Shown: positions 18,827 through 31,001 of the stretch, in pieces
Numbering within the stretch: position 1 is the first letter of the stretch
How the letters are laid out: each line of letters begins with the position of its first letter
Assembly: GCA_013334575.1 (NCBI GenBank)
Contig: JAAXXG010000005.1
Location: forward strand, 3,080-67,079
DNA length: 64,000 nt
DNA from: Candidatus Moraniibacteriota bacterium
GTDB taxonomy: Bacteria > Patescibacteriota > Minisyncoccia > Moranbacterales > UBA1568
Direction: 5' to 3'
Made by a program: the position numbers and the translations under genes
The notes under the pieces: generated by a model
What the model saw: the letters and a program-made list of their open reading frames with translations, nothing else
The model's database searches: none
Told to the model about the DNA's origin: nothing

Positions 18827-18853
18827 AAAAAACCCGCCTTTCGGCGGGCTTTC
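18827..18853. terminator. Intrinsic terminator after gyrA
   Basis: AAAAAACCCGCC-TTTC-GGCGGGCTTTC. Confidence 0.75.
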
Positions 18854-18875
18854 GTTTTCTTATCTTCCGTTCCCC

Positions 18876-18910
18876 GTTGTCAGTTGTCAGTTGTCAGTTG
18901 TCAGTTGTAA
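18876..18910. repeat. Heptamer tandem repeat (GTTGTCA)x4 + GTTGTAA
   Basis: Directly visible between the gyrA stop and its terminator. Confidence 0.9.
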
Positions 18911-18921
18911 GCTCCCCGATA

Positions 18922-21378
18922 TCAGAGCATCGTAAACGCTCCGACCTTGTCGCCCGCCTGGGGCTTCATGACGCGGACACCCTGCGTGACGCGAGAGAGA
19001 AGCGGAACGGAATTGAACGGGATCCGAATGATCGTCCCCTTCTCGGAGGTAAGAATCAGATCGTCCTCGATATTGCCCATCGAGGTGATCGCAGCTCCCA
19101 CGAGTTTGCCGGTCTTGTCGGTCACCTTCATCGTCTTGATGCCGGAGCCGCCACGCTTCTGGACCTTGTAGTGTTTCAGCTCGGACCGCTTTCCGAGGCC
19201 GTTCTGTGAGAGGATCAGCAGTTCGAGCCCCTTCTCCCCCTTGGCGATGACATCCATCGCGACCACCTCGTCCCCGTCAACGAGCCGGATACCGCGGACT
19301 CCCGCCGCGGAGCGGCCCATAGCGCGAACATCGGTCTCCTTGAACCGGATCGCCTGACCGTCCTGGGTCGTCAGGATGATGTCGTCCCCGCCGGTCGTCG
19401 GACGGACCCAGTTAAGGAGGTCGCCCTTCTCGAGGTTGATGGCGATGAGTCCGGAGCGACGCACGTTCTCGAACTCCTCGATCTTCGTCTTCTTGACCGT
19501 TCCTCCGCGGGTCGCCATGAAAAGATACTTCGTATCGTCACCCTTCTTCCGGGCTACCATCTCGGTAATCTTCTCTTCGGGGCTGATCTGGATGAAATTC
19601 ACGACCGCGGCACCCTTGGCCGTCCGCGAGGACTCGGGAATCTCGTACGCCTTGAGCTGGAAGACCTTTCCGGTGTTCGTGAAGAACATGAGGTCCGCAT
19701 GCGTCTCGAGCGAGAGCACCATGGAGATCTTATCCTCGTCCTTCGTGACCGCGCCGATAACCCCCTTGCCGCCGCGCTTCTGCACGCGGTAGACGGAGGG
19801 GTTCATCCGCTTGATGTAACCGTCCTCGGAAAGCGTGATGATGGCGTCCTCGTTCGGAATAAGGTCCTCCTGCTTGAACTCGCCCACGCCGCCACGGACG
19901 ATCTTCGTCTTCCGGGCGTCCCCGTACTTGTCACGGACCTCGATGAGTTCGTCCTTCACGACGCCGAGCAGCTTCTCGCGGCTCCCCAGAAGGTCCTCGA
20001 GGTGCGCGATGAGCTTGCGCTTTTCCTCGAGTTCGTCTTCGATTTTCTGCCGCTCAAGGCCGGAGAGCGTCTGCAGCCGCATCTCGAGGATCGCGGTCGC
20101 CTGCCGTTCGGAAAGCCGGAAGTTCTTCTGCAGGTTTCCGTGCGCCTCCTCCTTGGTCTTCGACTTCTTGATGGTCGAGATGATCTCGTCGATATGGTCG
20201 AGCGCCTTCTTGAGCCCCTCGAGGATATGCGCCCGGTCCTTCGCCTTCTCCAACTCGTACTTGGTCCGCCGGGTCACCACCTGCTCTCGGTGCGCCACAT
20301 AGTGCTCGAGTATAGGCTTGAGACCGAGAACCTGCGGATCGATCCCGTCGACCAGCGCGAGCATGTTGACGTTGAAGTTCTTCTGCAGGTCGGTCAGGGA
20401 GTAGAGCCGGTTGAGGACCTTCTGGGGATAGGCGTCCTTCTTCAGCTCGACGACGATCCGTACGCCGTCCTTGTCGGACTCGTCGCGCAGGTCGCGTATA
20501 CCCTGAATCTTCCCGTCCTTCACGAGCTCGGCGATCTTCTCGATGAGCGTGGCCTTGTTGGTCGCATACGTCATTTCCGAGACGACGATCTGGTACGCTC
20601 CAGCCTTGGTCTCGACGATGTCGGCCTTGGCGCGGGTCACGATCTTACCTCGGCCAGTCGCGTATGCCTCGCGGATATCCGCCTGATTGTACGCGATACC
20701 GCCCGTCGGGAAGTCCGGCCCCTTGACGAATCCCAGGAGGTCGTCGACGCTCGCGTCCGGGTGGTCGATCAGGTGGCAGATGCCGTCGACGAGCTCGCCA
20801 AGATTATGCGGGGCGATGTTCGTCGCCATACCGACCGCGATACCGACCGTCCCATTGAGAAGCAATTGCGGCAGCTTGGCCGGAAGCACCGTCGGCTCCT
20901 GGTGAACCCCGTCGAAGTTCGGCACGAAATCGACCGTGTCCTTCTCGATGTCGACCAGCATCTCCTCGGCGATCTGGGCGAGTTTGGCCTCGGTGTAGCG
21001 GTAGGCGGCGGCGCTGTCGCCATCCATCGAACCGAAGTTCCCCTGTCCCCAGACAAGCGGGTAGCGAAGCGAGAAATCCTGTGCCATGCGGACCATCGTG
21101 TCGTACACGGCCGTGTCACCGTGCGGGTGATACTTGCCAAGCACCTCGCCGACGACCGTCGCCGACTTCCGAAATTTGGCCCCGGACCTGAGTCCCGTTG
21201 ACCACATCGAGTAGAGGATGCGGCGATGAACCGGCTTAAGACCGTCCCGCACGTCCGGAAGCGCCCGCGAGACGATGACACTCATCGCGTAGTCGAGGTA
21301 CGACTGACGGACCTCGTCGGTAATCTGTCGGGGCTCTATCCTCCCGTGGATATCGACTTCGTTTCTCACCTCTTCCAT
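18922..21378 (-). CDS. gyrA: DNA gyrase subunit A
   Basis: [38 protein letters not shown], GyrA-box QKRGGKG. Confidence 0.98.
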   Translation of the reverse strand: MEEVRNEVDIHGRIEPRQITDEVRQSYLDYAMSVIVSRALPDVRDGLKPVHRRILYSMWSTGLRSGAKFRKSATVVGEVLGKYHPHGDTAVYDTMVRMAQDFSLRYPLVWGQGNFGSMDGDSAAAYRYTEAKLAQIAEEMLVDIEKDTVDFVPNFDGVHQEPTVLPAKLPQLLLNGTVGIAVGMATNIAPHNLGELVDGICHLIDHPDASVDDLLGFVKGPDFPTGGIAYNQADIREAYATGRGKIVTRAKADIVETKAGAYQIVVSEMTYATNKATLIEKIAELVKDGKIQGIRDLRDESDKDGVRIVVELKKDAYPQKVLNRLYSLTDLQKNFNVNMLALVDGIDPQVLGLKPILEHYVAHREQVVTRRTKYELEKAKDRAHILEGLKKALDHIDEIISTIKKSKTKEEAHGNLQKNFRLSERQATAILEMRLQTLSGLERQKIEDELEEKRKLIAHLEDLLGSREKLLGVVKDELIEVRDKYGDARKTKIVRGGVGEFKQEDLIPNEDAIITLSEDGYIKRMNPSVYRVQKRGGKGVIGAVTKDEDKISMVLSLETHADLMFFTNTGKVFQLKAYEIPESSRTAKGAAVVNFIQISPEEKITEMVARKKGDDTKYLFMATRGGTVKKTKIEEFENVRRSGLIAINLEKGDLLNWVRPTTGGDDIILTTQDGQAIRFKETDVRAMGRSAAGVRGIRLVDGDEVVAMDVIAKGEKGLELLILSQNGLGKRSELKHYKVQKRGGSGIKTMKVTDKTGKLVGAAITSMGNIEDDLILTSEKGTIIRIPFNSVPLLSRVTQGVRVMKPQAGDKVGAFTML

Positions 21379-21417
21379 ATGGCCGTTCGGTTATCGTGAT
21401 TCGTTCCGTCCACTACC

Positions 21418-21699
21418 CTATCGTGTCGCCCCCGTCCCGATTCCCTCGCCGAGATACGGCTTGGCGGCGGAACGTGACGCGGAATCCTCCTCCGTATCCC
21501 CGAACACCGTCGGCGCCGCGGACTTCCGAAGCGTATCGGCATCGGCGGGAATGGATTTTCGAAGACTGTCCCGCAGAGTCACCACCCAGAGCAGCACTAT
21601 CATCGTCATGACGACGGCTACCATCGCCCACACGTACCGGACACGGACATGCTCCGGCTCGCGCCGGATACGATCGACCCGCTCATGAATGGAATTCAT
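21418..21699 (-). CDS. Small membrane-anchored hypothetical protein
   Basis: 93 aa with one TM; sits in the operon between the MBL gene and gyrA. Confidence 0.7.
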   Translation of the reverse strand: MNSIHERVDRIRREPEHVRVRYVWAMVAVVMTMIVLLWVVTLRDSLRKSIPADADTLRKSAAPTVFGDTEEDSASRSAAKPYLGEGIGTGATR

Positions 21700-21706
21700 A
21701 TCCGTT

Positions 21707-22366
21707 TCAGGACTTCTGCAGGAAGACTATCTCCATGCTCTTCCCATCGAGGTCCTTCTTCTTGAAATTGAGTTTCGGAAGATCCTCGGCGACCTTGCAT
21801 CCGGTCTCACGACAGAAAGTCTCGCGGCCTTCGGCGGAGATAGACGCTCCGGAAAGCGCGTAGTGCATCGGAATGACCAGTTTTGGCTCTATGTCACGGA
21901 TGATGCCGTCTATCTTCTTCGGATCGAGCGCCTCGCCGCCGCCGACCGGAACGAAAAGGATATCGACATCGCCGATGCGCTCCACCGTCTTCTCGTCGAG
22001 CGGGTGTCCGATCGCGCCCAAATAGGCGAGACGGACATCTTCGGAATCGAAGACGAAAACCGTGTTCTGCCCGCGATCGACACCGCCGTTCTGATCCCTG
22101 AAGGACGGATAACCGAGTATTCCCACTCCCTTGGCGGCAAATTCGCCGGGCGTGTGGATAATGACCGGATCATCCTTCAATCCGGACAGAGCGTCGTCTG
22201 CGGGATCGAGATGCGACAGAAGAACGATATCGGCATGACCGAACGGCGACCGGATACTGGTCGACTTTCCCGGAAGGTCCGTAAAGATAACCACGTCCTC
22301 GGTGGCGCGTCCGGCGGGCTTGGTCGTGATCTTGAAGCAGTAGTCGCCGTAGTACTGGATGTTCAT
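21707..22366 (-). CDS. MBL-fold metallo-hydrolase (degenerate metal site)
   Basis: PGEF, LAYLG, IDILFVPVGG, PKLVIPMHY; the HxHxDH motif is not intact. Confidence 0.8.
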   Translation of the reverse strand: MNIQYYGDYCFKITTKPAGRATEDVVIFTDLPGKSTSIRSPFGHADIVLLSHLDPADDALSGLKDDPVIIHTPGEFAAKGVGILGYPSFRDQNGGVDRGQNTVFVFDSEDVRLAYLGAIGHPLDEKTVERIGDVDILFVPVGGGEALDPKKIDGIIRDIEPKLVIPMHYALSGASISAEGRETFCRETGCKVAEDLPKLNFKKKDLDGKSMEIVFLQKS

Positions 22367-22584
22367 GGCAGTCTGTCATGACTGAAAAAGGCCGTACCGG
22401 CCACATCAAGTCTAGCATGCCGCGTTTCTCCCTGCCAAGAGTCACCCCTCTGCCCCGGACTTGCCAGAATGCGCGATACGATGTATCATTTCCCGTACGC
22501 TTTTCCCGGCTGTCAGGGAAACCGTCAGGCGGGCATTAATCCCATAATGGAGCCTTTTCCGCCGGGCTCCGACCGCAGAAGCAT

Positions 22585-23739
22585 ATGAGTACCGCAAAAA
22601 AGCAGGATCTTGAGACCCTCCTCTCGGAGGACACCGTCATCATCCCGGCTATCGGAGACGTCGTCACCGGAACGGTGATCCATGTCTCGTCGAATCATGC
22701 CCTCGTCGACCTCGGCCCCCTCGGGACCGGCGTCGTCCTCGGCAAGGAGATGAAGAGCGGCCTCGGCGGCAACGCCAAGCTCCGCGTCGGCGAGGAAGTG
22801 AGCGGAACGCTCATGAGCTTCGAGAACGAGGACGGCGATATCGAGATCTCCATCCGTGAAGCTTCCTACGAGAAGTCCTGGGAAGACCTTATCGACAAGC
22901 TCGAGAACAAGATTGTCATCGAGACGAAGGTGCTCGATGCCAACAAGGGCGGCCTCATGGTCGAACTCAACGGCATCATGGGCTTCCTCCCGGTCTCCCA
23001 GCTCGCCAACGAGCACTATCCGCGCGTCGAGGACGGCGACAAGAACAAGATCCTGGAACTGCTCCGCGCCCTCATCGGCCAGACGATCAGCGTCCGGCTT
23101 CTCGACGTGGACCGCGAGAACGAGAAGCTCATCGTGAGCGAAAAGGCGGCTCAGAGCGAGCGTGACCGCGAGCTCATCAACCGGCTCCGTGTCGGCGACG
23201 AGATCGAGGGAGAGGTATCCGGCGTCGTCGACTTCGGCGCGTTCGTCAAGTTCGACGCCCCGATTTCCGAGGACGGAAAGAAGGCCGGACAGAAGCTCGA
23301 GGGACTCGTCCACATCTCCGAACTCGCCTGGCAGCTGATCGACGACCCGCGCGAGATCGTGAAGACCGGCGACCAGGTCCGCGCCAAGATCATCGGCATC
23401 GAGGAGACCCGCATCTCGCTTTCCATGAAGGCCCTCAAGGAGGACCCGTGGACCAAGGTGGCAGAACGGTACGCGGTCAACCAGACGGTCACCGGCAAGA
23501 TCGACAAGATCAACCACTTCGGAGCCTTCGTCTATCTCGACAAGGACATCCACGGCCTCGCGCACGTCTCCGAGTTCCACGATGTCTACCCGGGACGCAA
23601 GATGGAAGACGTCTTCCGTGTCGGCGAGACCTACGACTGGAAGATCCTCTCGATCGAGCCGCGCGCCCACCGCATGGGACTCCTCCCCATCAAGGAAGGC
23701 AAACGGAAGAAGGATTCCGGGGAACAGGACGAGAAATAG
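22585..23739 (+). CDS. rpsA: 30S ribosomal protein S1 (four S1 domains)
   Basis: GFLPVSQL, DFGAFV, GLVHISEL, GLAHVSE repeats. Confidence 0.92.
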   Translation: MSTAKKQDLETLLSEDTVIIPAIGDVVTGTVIHVSSNHALVDLGPLGTGVVLGKEMKSGLGGNAKLRVGEEVSGTLMSFENEDGDIEISIREASYEKSWEDLIDKLENKIVIETKVLDANKGGLMVELNGIMGFLPVSQLANEHYPRVEDGDKNKILELLRALIGQTISVRLLDVDRENEKLIVSEKAAQSERDRELINRLRVGDEIEGEVSGVVDFGAFVKFDAPISEDGKKAGQKLEGLVHISELAWQLIDDPREIVKTGDQVRAKIIGIEETRISLSMKALKEDPWTKVAERYAVNQTVTGKIDKINHFGAFVYLDKDIHGLAHVSEFHDVYPGRKMEDVFRVGETYDWKILSIEPRAHRMGLLPIKEGKRKKDSGEQDEK

Positions 23740-23807
23740 CTTCGGACCGGGTCCCGCCGCGCGCGGGACCCTTTCGTTTCGGGAAACATCGACATAAGGC
23801 CAGGAAT

Positions 23808-24386
23808 ATGAACGCTTCAAACCTCTTCATCCTTTCGGGACCGTCCGGTGCCGGCGAGGATTCCATCATCGACGGGCTCTCGAAGAGACTCCCTACCGAA
23901 CGTGTCATAACGACGACGACGAGAGTGCCCCGAAAGGGCGAATCGGAGGGTATGCCGTACTACTTCGTCTCCCGCGAAACGTTCGAATCACGCATCGACG
24001 CGGGAGAATTCGCAGAATGGGCGGAAGAATACAACGGAAACTTCTACGGCGTCGCCATGGCCGAGCTCGAGCGCGTGATTTCATCGGGCAGGATCGGCAT
24101 CTGGAAGATAGAATGGAAGGGCGTCATGACGGCTAAGAGACTCTTCCCAGAAATTATCGCCATCCTCATAACCGCTCCGCTTTCAAGCATTGAGGCGCGT
24201 ATCCGGAACCGGGATAACGCATCCGATGCATACATCGCGGAACGTATGGCGTATACGGAAGAGTGGATGCGACATACGGAAATCTATGACTACACGATCG
24301 AAAACCGCGACGGAGAGCTCGAAAGAGCCGTCTCGGAAGCGGAAAACATCATCCGTGCGTGCCTCTCCCGCACAGACGGACGCTAA
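23808..24386 (+). CDS. gmk: Guanylate kinase-like protein
   Basis: ILSGPSGAGED, TTTRVPRKGESEGMPYYFVS, FAEWAEEYNGNFYG; P-loop Lys replaced by Glu. Confidence 0.85.
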   Translation: MNASNLFILSGPSGAGEDSIIDGLSKRLPTERVITTTTRVPRKGESEGMPYYFVSRETFESRIDAGEFAEWAEEYNGNFYGVAMAELERVISSGRIGIWKIEWKGVMTAKRLFPEIIAILITAPLSSIEARIRNRDNASDAYIAERMAYTEEWMRHTEIYDYTIENRDGELERAVSEAENIIRACLSRTDGR

Positions 24387-25386
24387 GGACTGGCGACCGA
24401 CCTCCTACGAAGGGCGGTCGTTCCTGAAGCGTGTCCGGACTCGTGACACGGATAACCGGCTCCTCGGTTCCGACACCTCGGTACTCATCGCGGTCTCAGG
24501 CGGACCGGACAGCGTCGCCTTGCTCCATTTTTTCCTGTACCTCCGGGATAAGCTCCGACTCCGGATCGGCATCGCCCACGTGAACTACCGTCTCCGCGGA
24601 AAGGATTCGGGCCAAGACGAGCTTCTGGTCCGCGAATATGCCTCCCGATACGATATCCCCTTCTTCCTCGCTCGTCCGCACCGAGCCGCATCGTCAAACG
24701 AGGAAACGCTTCGGGATATCCGTTATGCATTCTTCGATCGTATCGCCAAGAAAGAAGGGTTCGATTCGATCGCGGTAGCCCACACGGCGGACGACCAGGT
24801 CGAGACCATCCTGATCCGACTCCTCCGTGGAACCGGACCGGAAGGATTGACCGGTATGCGACCGCGAAAAGATCGCGTCATCCGCCCCTTTCTCAGCACG
24901 ACAAAGCGGGAAGTCCTTTCGTTCCTTGAAACGGAACGGATAGAATACCGGGAAGACGCTTCTAATCGGGACCTCTCCATCCTTCGAAACCGCATCCGAC
25001 ACGAACTCATCCCTCTCCTCGAGCGTGACTACCGGCCGGGAGTCTCGAAGGCTATCGTTCGACTGGCTTCCATAACGGCACGAACACGGAGCGAGAGCGG
25101 TGACGCACCTATTTCGCTCCGTATGGACGAAGTACGATCCGATACCTCTTCCTTCTCACGCGACGACTACCTTGGCCTGACGGAGAACGGCCGTGCCGAA
25201 ACGCTTCGGAGCCTGTTCAGACGACTCTCCGGAACCGGGAAAAACCCCTCCGAGACATTCGTCCGCGAGGCAGATAGGCTCATCCGGAGCGAATCTCCGA
25301 AAATCCGCGTTTTTACGTCAAAACGGTTGAGTATAAGGGTCAGAGGTGATAAAGTAAGCATGATACGGACGGAACATAACGTATAA
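24355..25386 (+). CDS. tilS: tRNA(Ile)-lysidine synthetase (start uncertain)
   Basis: AVSGGPDS, AHVNYRLRG, AHTADDQVET, IRPFL, RNRIRHELIP. Confidence 0.93.
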   Translation: MRASPAQTDAKDWRPTSYEGRSFLKRVRTRDTDNRLLGSDTSVLIAVSGGPDSVALLHFFLYLRDKLRLRIGIAHVNYRLRGKDSGQDELLVREYASRYDIPFFLARPHRAASSNEETLRDIRYAFFDRIAKKEGFDSIAVAHTADDQVETILIRLLRGTGPEGLTGMRPRKDRVIRPFLSTTKREVLSFLETERIEYREDASNRDLSILRNRIRHELIPLLERDYRPGVSKAIVRLASITARTRSESGDAPISLRMDEVRSDTSSFSRDDYLGLTENGRAETLRSLFRRLSGTGKNPSETFVREADRLIRSESPKIRVFTSKRLSIRVRGDKVSMIRTEHNV

Positions 25387-25402
25387 CCTTCAGACCAACG
25401 CT

Positions 25403-27265
<1,863 letters not shown>

Positions 27266-27439
27266 GCAGCGGAGACCGTTCATCAGACGAAGCGCCGACA
27301 CGCATAGTCGGCGCTTTTTCGACTCCGCTTCTTCGGCTCATCGGAGGTGTCTTCCGAAGCCCCTCTTCACAAGCTCTCCGTATCGTGCTACAAAGGAATT
27401 CGGAGCGATACGGCGGAATGAGATGCTCCGACGGTATGT

Positions 27440-27513
27440 GGGCGGCTAGCTCAGTTGGTTAGAGCGCCACATTGACATTGTGGAGGTCACAAGTTCGAAT
27501 CTTGTGTCGCCCA
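27440..27513 (+). tRNA. tRNA-Val(GAC)
   Basis: Cloverleaf; anticodon arm CCACA-TTGACAT-TGTGG; GTTCGAAT T-loop; no encoded CCA. Confidence 0.95.
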
Positions 27514-27525
27514 CATACCGCATAA

Positions 27526-27550
27526 GAAAAACCGGCAATGCCGGTTTTTC
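27526..27550. terminator. Bidirectional terminator
   Basis: GAAAAACCGGCAATGCCGGTTTTTC. Confidence 0.8.
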
Positions 27551-27579
27551 TATATCCGAAAGACTGCCTGCAGATACTA

Positions 27580-28599
27580 TCAACGCACTCCGACCGGAGC
27601 GACCCCTCCTTGCTTCGTGGTACTTATCTGCGTCGTAAGCTGCTGGTTAAGTTCGGATGAATAGGCTGCTCCGCGTCCAAGCGTCTGGTTCGCAAGATCG
27701 ATCCTGGAACCGATCTGGGCGTCGACACTCGCTACCTCACGAAGCAGCTTCGACTGGATACTGCCAAGACCGTTCTGAATGACATTCGTTATCATCCGGT
27801 TCGCAAGCGTTGCTATCGCGCCGCTTATCAGTTCGCTCGGATTCTGCGCCTCCGCTATGATCTTGTTTCCGATATCCTGGACGTTCGAAACGATCTGACC
27901 GATCGTACTTCCCGGAAGAATGGTGTTTCCGTTGGCATCCTTGACCCCTTTATATCCGGACGCCATCGCCTGAACCTGGGCTGCCTGGGTATTCTTCGCA
28001 TTTTCTTCCATCACGAAACGCTCCGCTCTCAGCGAATATCCGATCGGATCGCTTCCGGTCGAAAACATTTCCGACAAGACGCGAAAATCCCCACTTCCTA
28101 TGGATGTGATCGGATCACCGCTCAATTCGCTCAGCCTCGCCGTCGAACCGACCGTCCCCGATCCGCCGGAAAGGTGAAGATCGGCGATCTTCGAGAGCTT
28201 CGACTCGTACGAGCCGCTCGATCCGGCCGCATTGAATCCGCTCGCCCTCCCCTGCAGGGTCAATGGTTTAAACGTGCTTTCGTAAGCCAGCTTCGTCTTC
28301 TGCTGCGACTCACCATAAAGATACTGCCTCCAATCGGTAATGATCAGTGATTGCTTCGTCGAATTTCCGACGACCATGCTCATCACGCGGGTATTGAGAA
28401 GGCTGATCGTCGTCGATTTCAGCGTTGCAAGCAGGACGCCGTCGATTTGTGCCTGAATCTTCTCCAGAGTCTGCTTCAGAATGGCCGCCGGAATCGCATC
28501 GCCCCATGCGTAAGCCGGCCGGGCCGAGAGTGACAGGACGCAGACCAGCAACAGCGCCACCGCGACGGGACGAGTTTTTTTTGAGGATGTCTGTTTCAT
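27580..28599 (-). CDS. Secreted hypothetical protein
   Basis: Signal peptide ending ARPAYA; S/G/Q-rich helical body. Confidence 0.75.
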   Translation of the reverse strand: MKQTSSKKTRPVAVALLLVCVLSLSARPAYAWGDAIPAAILKQTLEKIQAQIDGVLLATLKSTTISLLNTRVMSMVVGNSTKQSLIITDWRQYLYGESQQKTKLAYESTFKPLTLQGRASGFNAAGSSGSYESKLSKIADLHLSGGSGTVGSTARLSELSGDPITSIGSGDFRVLSEMFSTGSDPIGYSLRAERFVMEENAKNTQAAQVQAMASGYKGVKDANGNTILPGSTIGQIVSNVQDIGNKIIAEAQNPSELISGAIATLANRMITNVIQNGLGSIQSKLLREVASVDAQIGSRIDLANQTLGRGAAYSSELNQQLTTQISTTKQGGVAPVGVR

Positions 28600-28621
28600 A
28601 CGCCGATGCTTGAGCGTGATA

Positions 28622-29629
28622 TTACTGAAGCTCGAGCGGGATAGACGTTATCCCGTAGTCGGAAAGCTTCGACTGCACGTCGGTCACGAACACACCGACC
28701 ACTCCGAGCAGCCCTTGAACCTTTGAAAGCGTCTTGATCGTCATTACCGGATCATCCTGTATCGAATCACCGACGTCGTCCTTCAGTTTCGCCATGTACG
28801 TCGCAAGCTTGAGCGCCTTAACGTGCGTGTCGAGCATCTGCTGAGGAACTTCGACTTCGTTGATCTGCTCGAGCATACGCTGCCCGCTCTCCACATAGGT
28901 ATCCAACGAAGAGACATTCCCCATCGAGACGGCGGTGATCGCCTCGTTCGCAAACGACTCCGATACGCTCTGCAATTCGCTCTGGTTCGTGATCTGAACC
29001 GGAGAGTTGCTCGCAAAGATGAAGGAGACGGTCGTAAGATACTCCGTTATATCCTCCTTGATGCGCTCTTTTCGCTTCGATTCCGAGAGCCCGGCATAGG
29101 TCTCATCCTTGACTTTGATAGCGCTCAAATCGACATCCGGGAGCGAGACTTCTTCGGCTCCGCCGGATATTTCCTGCGCGATGGATGTCAGATCCTCTAT
29201 CGACACCTCGGTGGTACCGTCAGATGTCACGTTTGACTCCGACGCCTTCACCAAGGCAGCCAATTTTTCGCTTACCGTGTCCGTCAAATTGTCACCACCC
29301 ATTCCGCCCGACGAAGTCTCATCCCTTTTTTCAGCCTTTGTTTCCTGTACGATTTTATCGCCAGGCGCAGCTTTCAACGGATCGTACCCTCCCCGGATCT
29401 CCACGCCGTCAGAATATCCGTCACTATCGGTATCCCGATTCGCCGGATCCGTTCCATATAGCCGCTCTTCCGCGCCAGTTAGGCCGTCCTGATCGGAATC
29501 ATCCACGATATTCGCGGCACGCATCTCCTCCGCCGATGTCACGAAAATGCCGTACCCGATAGCGACAAGACACGCTAACAGAAGAAAATCGGCACGAAGA
29601 CCACCCACCAGGTTCTTCATTCGATTCAT
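28622..29629 (-). CDS. Membrane-anchored protein with bacterial TSP3-like Ca-binding repeats
   Basis: DSDQDGLTGAEERLYGTDPANRDTDSDGYSDGVEIRGGYDPL after an N-terminal TM. Confidence 0.8.
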   Translation of the reverse strand: MNRMKNLVGGLRADFLLLACLVAIGYGIFVTSAEEMRAANIVDDSDQDGLTGAEERLYGTDPANRDTDSDGYSDGVEIRGGYDPLKAAPGDKIVQETKAEKRDETSSGGMGGDNLTDTVSEKLAALVKASESNVTSDGTTEVSIEDLTSIAQEISGGAEEVSLPDVDLSAIKVKDETYAGLSESKRKERIKEDITEYLTTVSFIFASNSPVQITNQSELQSVSESFANEAITAVSMGNVSSLDTYVESGQRMLEQINEVEVPQQMLDTHVKALKLATYMAKLKDDVGDSIQDDPVMTIKTLSKVQGLLGVVGVFVTDVQSKLSDYGITSIPLELQ

Positions 29630-29796
29630 ATCAATAGGTAATTTTGTTTATCGATACTGTACCACTTTTTTTTCTCTTTTACCAGTTCATGGTTCATTAT
29701 GATCTTTTTACCACTTTATGTAATAAAATATATATTTTGTCAATAATCAACAAATCCACCAGAAACACTTTTCTATAATATGCTTTTCTTTACGAT

Positions 29797-30271
29797 TGTT
29801 CCACGTGGAACATTTCCTCATATCATGTGAAAATCTATATAAATCATTTTCTATAAATATGTTTCAATCTATTCTTACGATATCTGCAAATTTATTATTG
29901 TTCCACGTGGAACATTTTTTCATATCCCACGATCACAGTTATTCATTCTTAAATAATATATAACTCTACATGTTCCACGTGGAACATTCAGCAATTTAAT
30001 TCTTAAACGAGGAAGCGTATATTGATGATAGTGCATATTGTTCCACGTGGAACATTTACCATATTTATGATTAAGAAATTTGTTCCACGTGGAACAAATA
30101 TTTACTAAAAAGATTCATTTAAAATATCAAATGTTCCACGTGGAACAAATTCAAAATTGGTTGATATTCCTTACATTGTTCCACGTGGAACAATGACATT
30201 TATTGATAGTAGAAAATAATATCCGACCAAATTTTCATTACTGAATCTTATTAAATGTTCCACGTGGAACA
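29797..30271. repeat. parS: Array of 8 parS (ParB-binding) palindromes
   Basis: TGTTCCACGTGGAACA at 29797, 29899, 29971, 30039, 30081, 30132, 30177 and 30256 in very AT-rich DNA; fits the chromosomal parS consensus. Confidence 0.9.
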
Positions 30272-30315
30272 ATATATATAATTGACATATATAGTGTTCT
30301 GTGTTTTTATGACTG

Positions 30316-30344
30316 TTGACGGGAGCCTCTTCTCCGGTTAAAAT
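30316..30344 (+). promoter_or_regulatory. sigma70 promoter for tRNA-Ala
   Basis: TTGACG-N17-TAAAAT ending 9 nt before the tRNA. Confidence 0.7.
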
Positions 30345-30353
30345 TGCCTCATT

Positions 30354-30426
30354 GGGCCTGTAGCTTAGTTGGTAGAGCGCCTCCATGGCATGGAGGAGGT
30401 CAGGAGTTCGAGTCTCCTCAGGTCCA
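30354..30426 (+). tRNA. tRNA-Ala(GGC)
   Basis: Cloverleaf; CCTCC-ATGGCAT-GGAGG; G3:U70 pair. Confidence 0.95.
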
Positions 30427-30477
30427 CACCCATACCGTATTCATGCCATTTTGACGCTCTATACGGCCATCGGTTCC

Positions 30478-30549
30478 GCCTCGATAGCTCAATGGATAGA
30501 GCGAATCCGTCCTAAGGATGAGATCTAGGTTCGATTCCTAGTCGGGGCA
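30478..30549 (+). tRNA. tRNA-Arg(CCT)
   Basis: Cloverleaf; anticodon loop GTCCTAA; GGTTCGATTCC. Confidence 0.92.
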
Positions 30550-30641
30550 CAAAAAACCTTTCTCAGGCGAATACGACCCATCTTTGACAAAATACCGAGA
30601 TTGCGCGACAATGCTCCGATTAGACACCGAAAGGAAACTCC

Positions 30642-30974
30642 ATGTCGCGAAGAATCCTGCAAATCAACGAGCTCCTTCGGGAGCGGCTCGGCGAAATCAT
30701 CCTTCGGGAGGTCAGTTTCAAGCCGGGAGTACTCGCCACTTTAACGAAGGTCTCCGTCTCACGGGATCTCCGCCATGCATCGGTACATATCAGCCCGTTC
30801 CCGGAGACGGAAAGCGAATACGTGATGCGAACGCTCGAGCACGAACGAAAGCGCATCCAAAAAATCCTGCACGGGGGACTTCATATGAAACCGCTGCCGG
30901 CCATCGCGTTCCTTACGGATACGACGGAGCGGGAAGCCGACATCGTGGAACGGATCCTCCGGGACCTGGACTGA
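30642..30974 (+). CDS. rbfA: Ribosome-binding factor A
   Basis: MSRRILQINELLRERLGEII...KVSVSRDLRHASV...PAIAFLTD. Confidence 0.9.
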   Translation: MSRRILQINELLRERLGEIILREVSFKPGVLATLTKVSVSRDLRHASVHISPFPETESEYVMRTLEHERKRIQKILHGGLHMKPLPAIAFLTDTTEREADIVERILRDLD

Positions 30975-31001
30975 CGTATTTTTCGGAGTTATACACCGGT
31001 T

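Noticed and set aside
23448-23807. N-terminal extensions of gmk (also sod from 42462, tilS from 24190, lspA from 11394)
   Set aside because: The extensions overlap upstream genes in another frame; homology begins at the downstream starts.
29797-30271. CRISPR array
   Set aside because: The repeat is only 16 bp and a perfect parS palindrome, spacer lengths vary from 26 to 86 bp, and there are no cas genes in the window.
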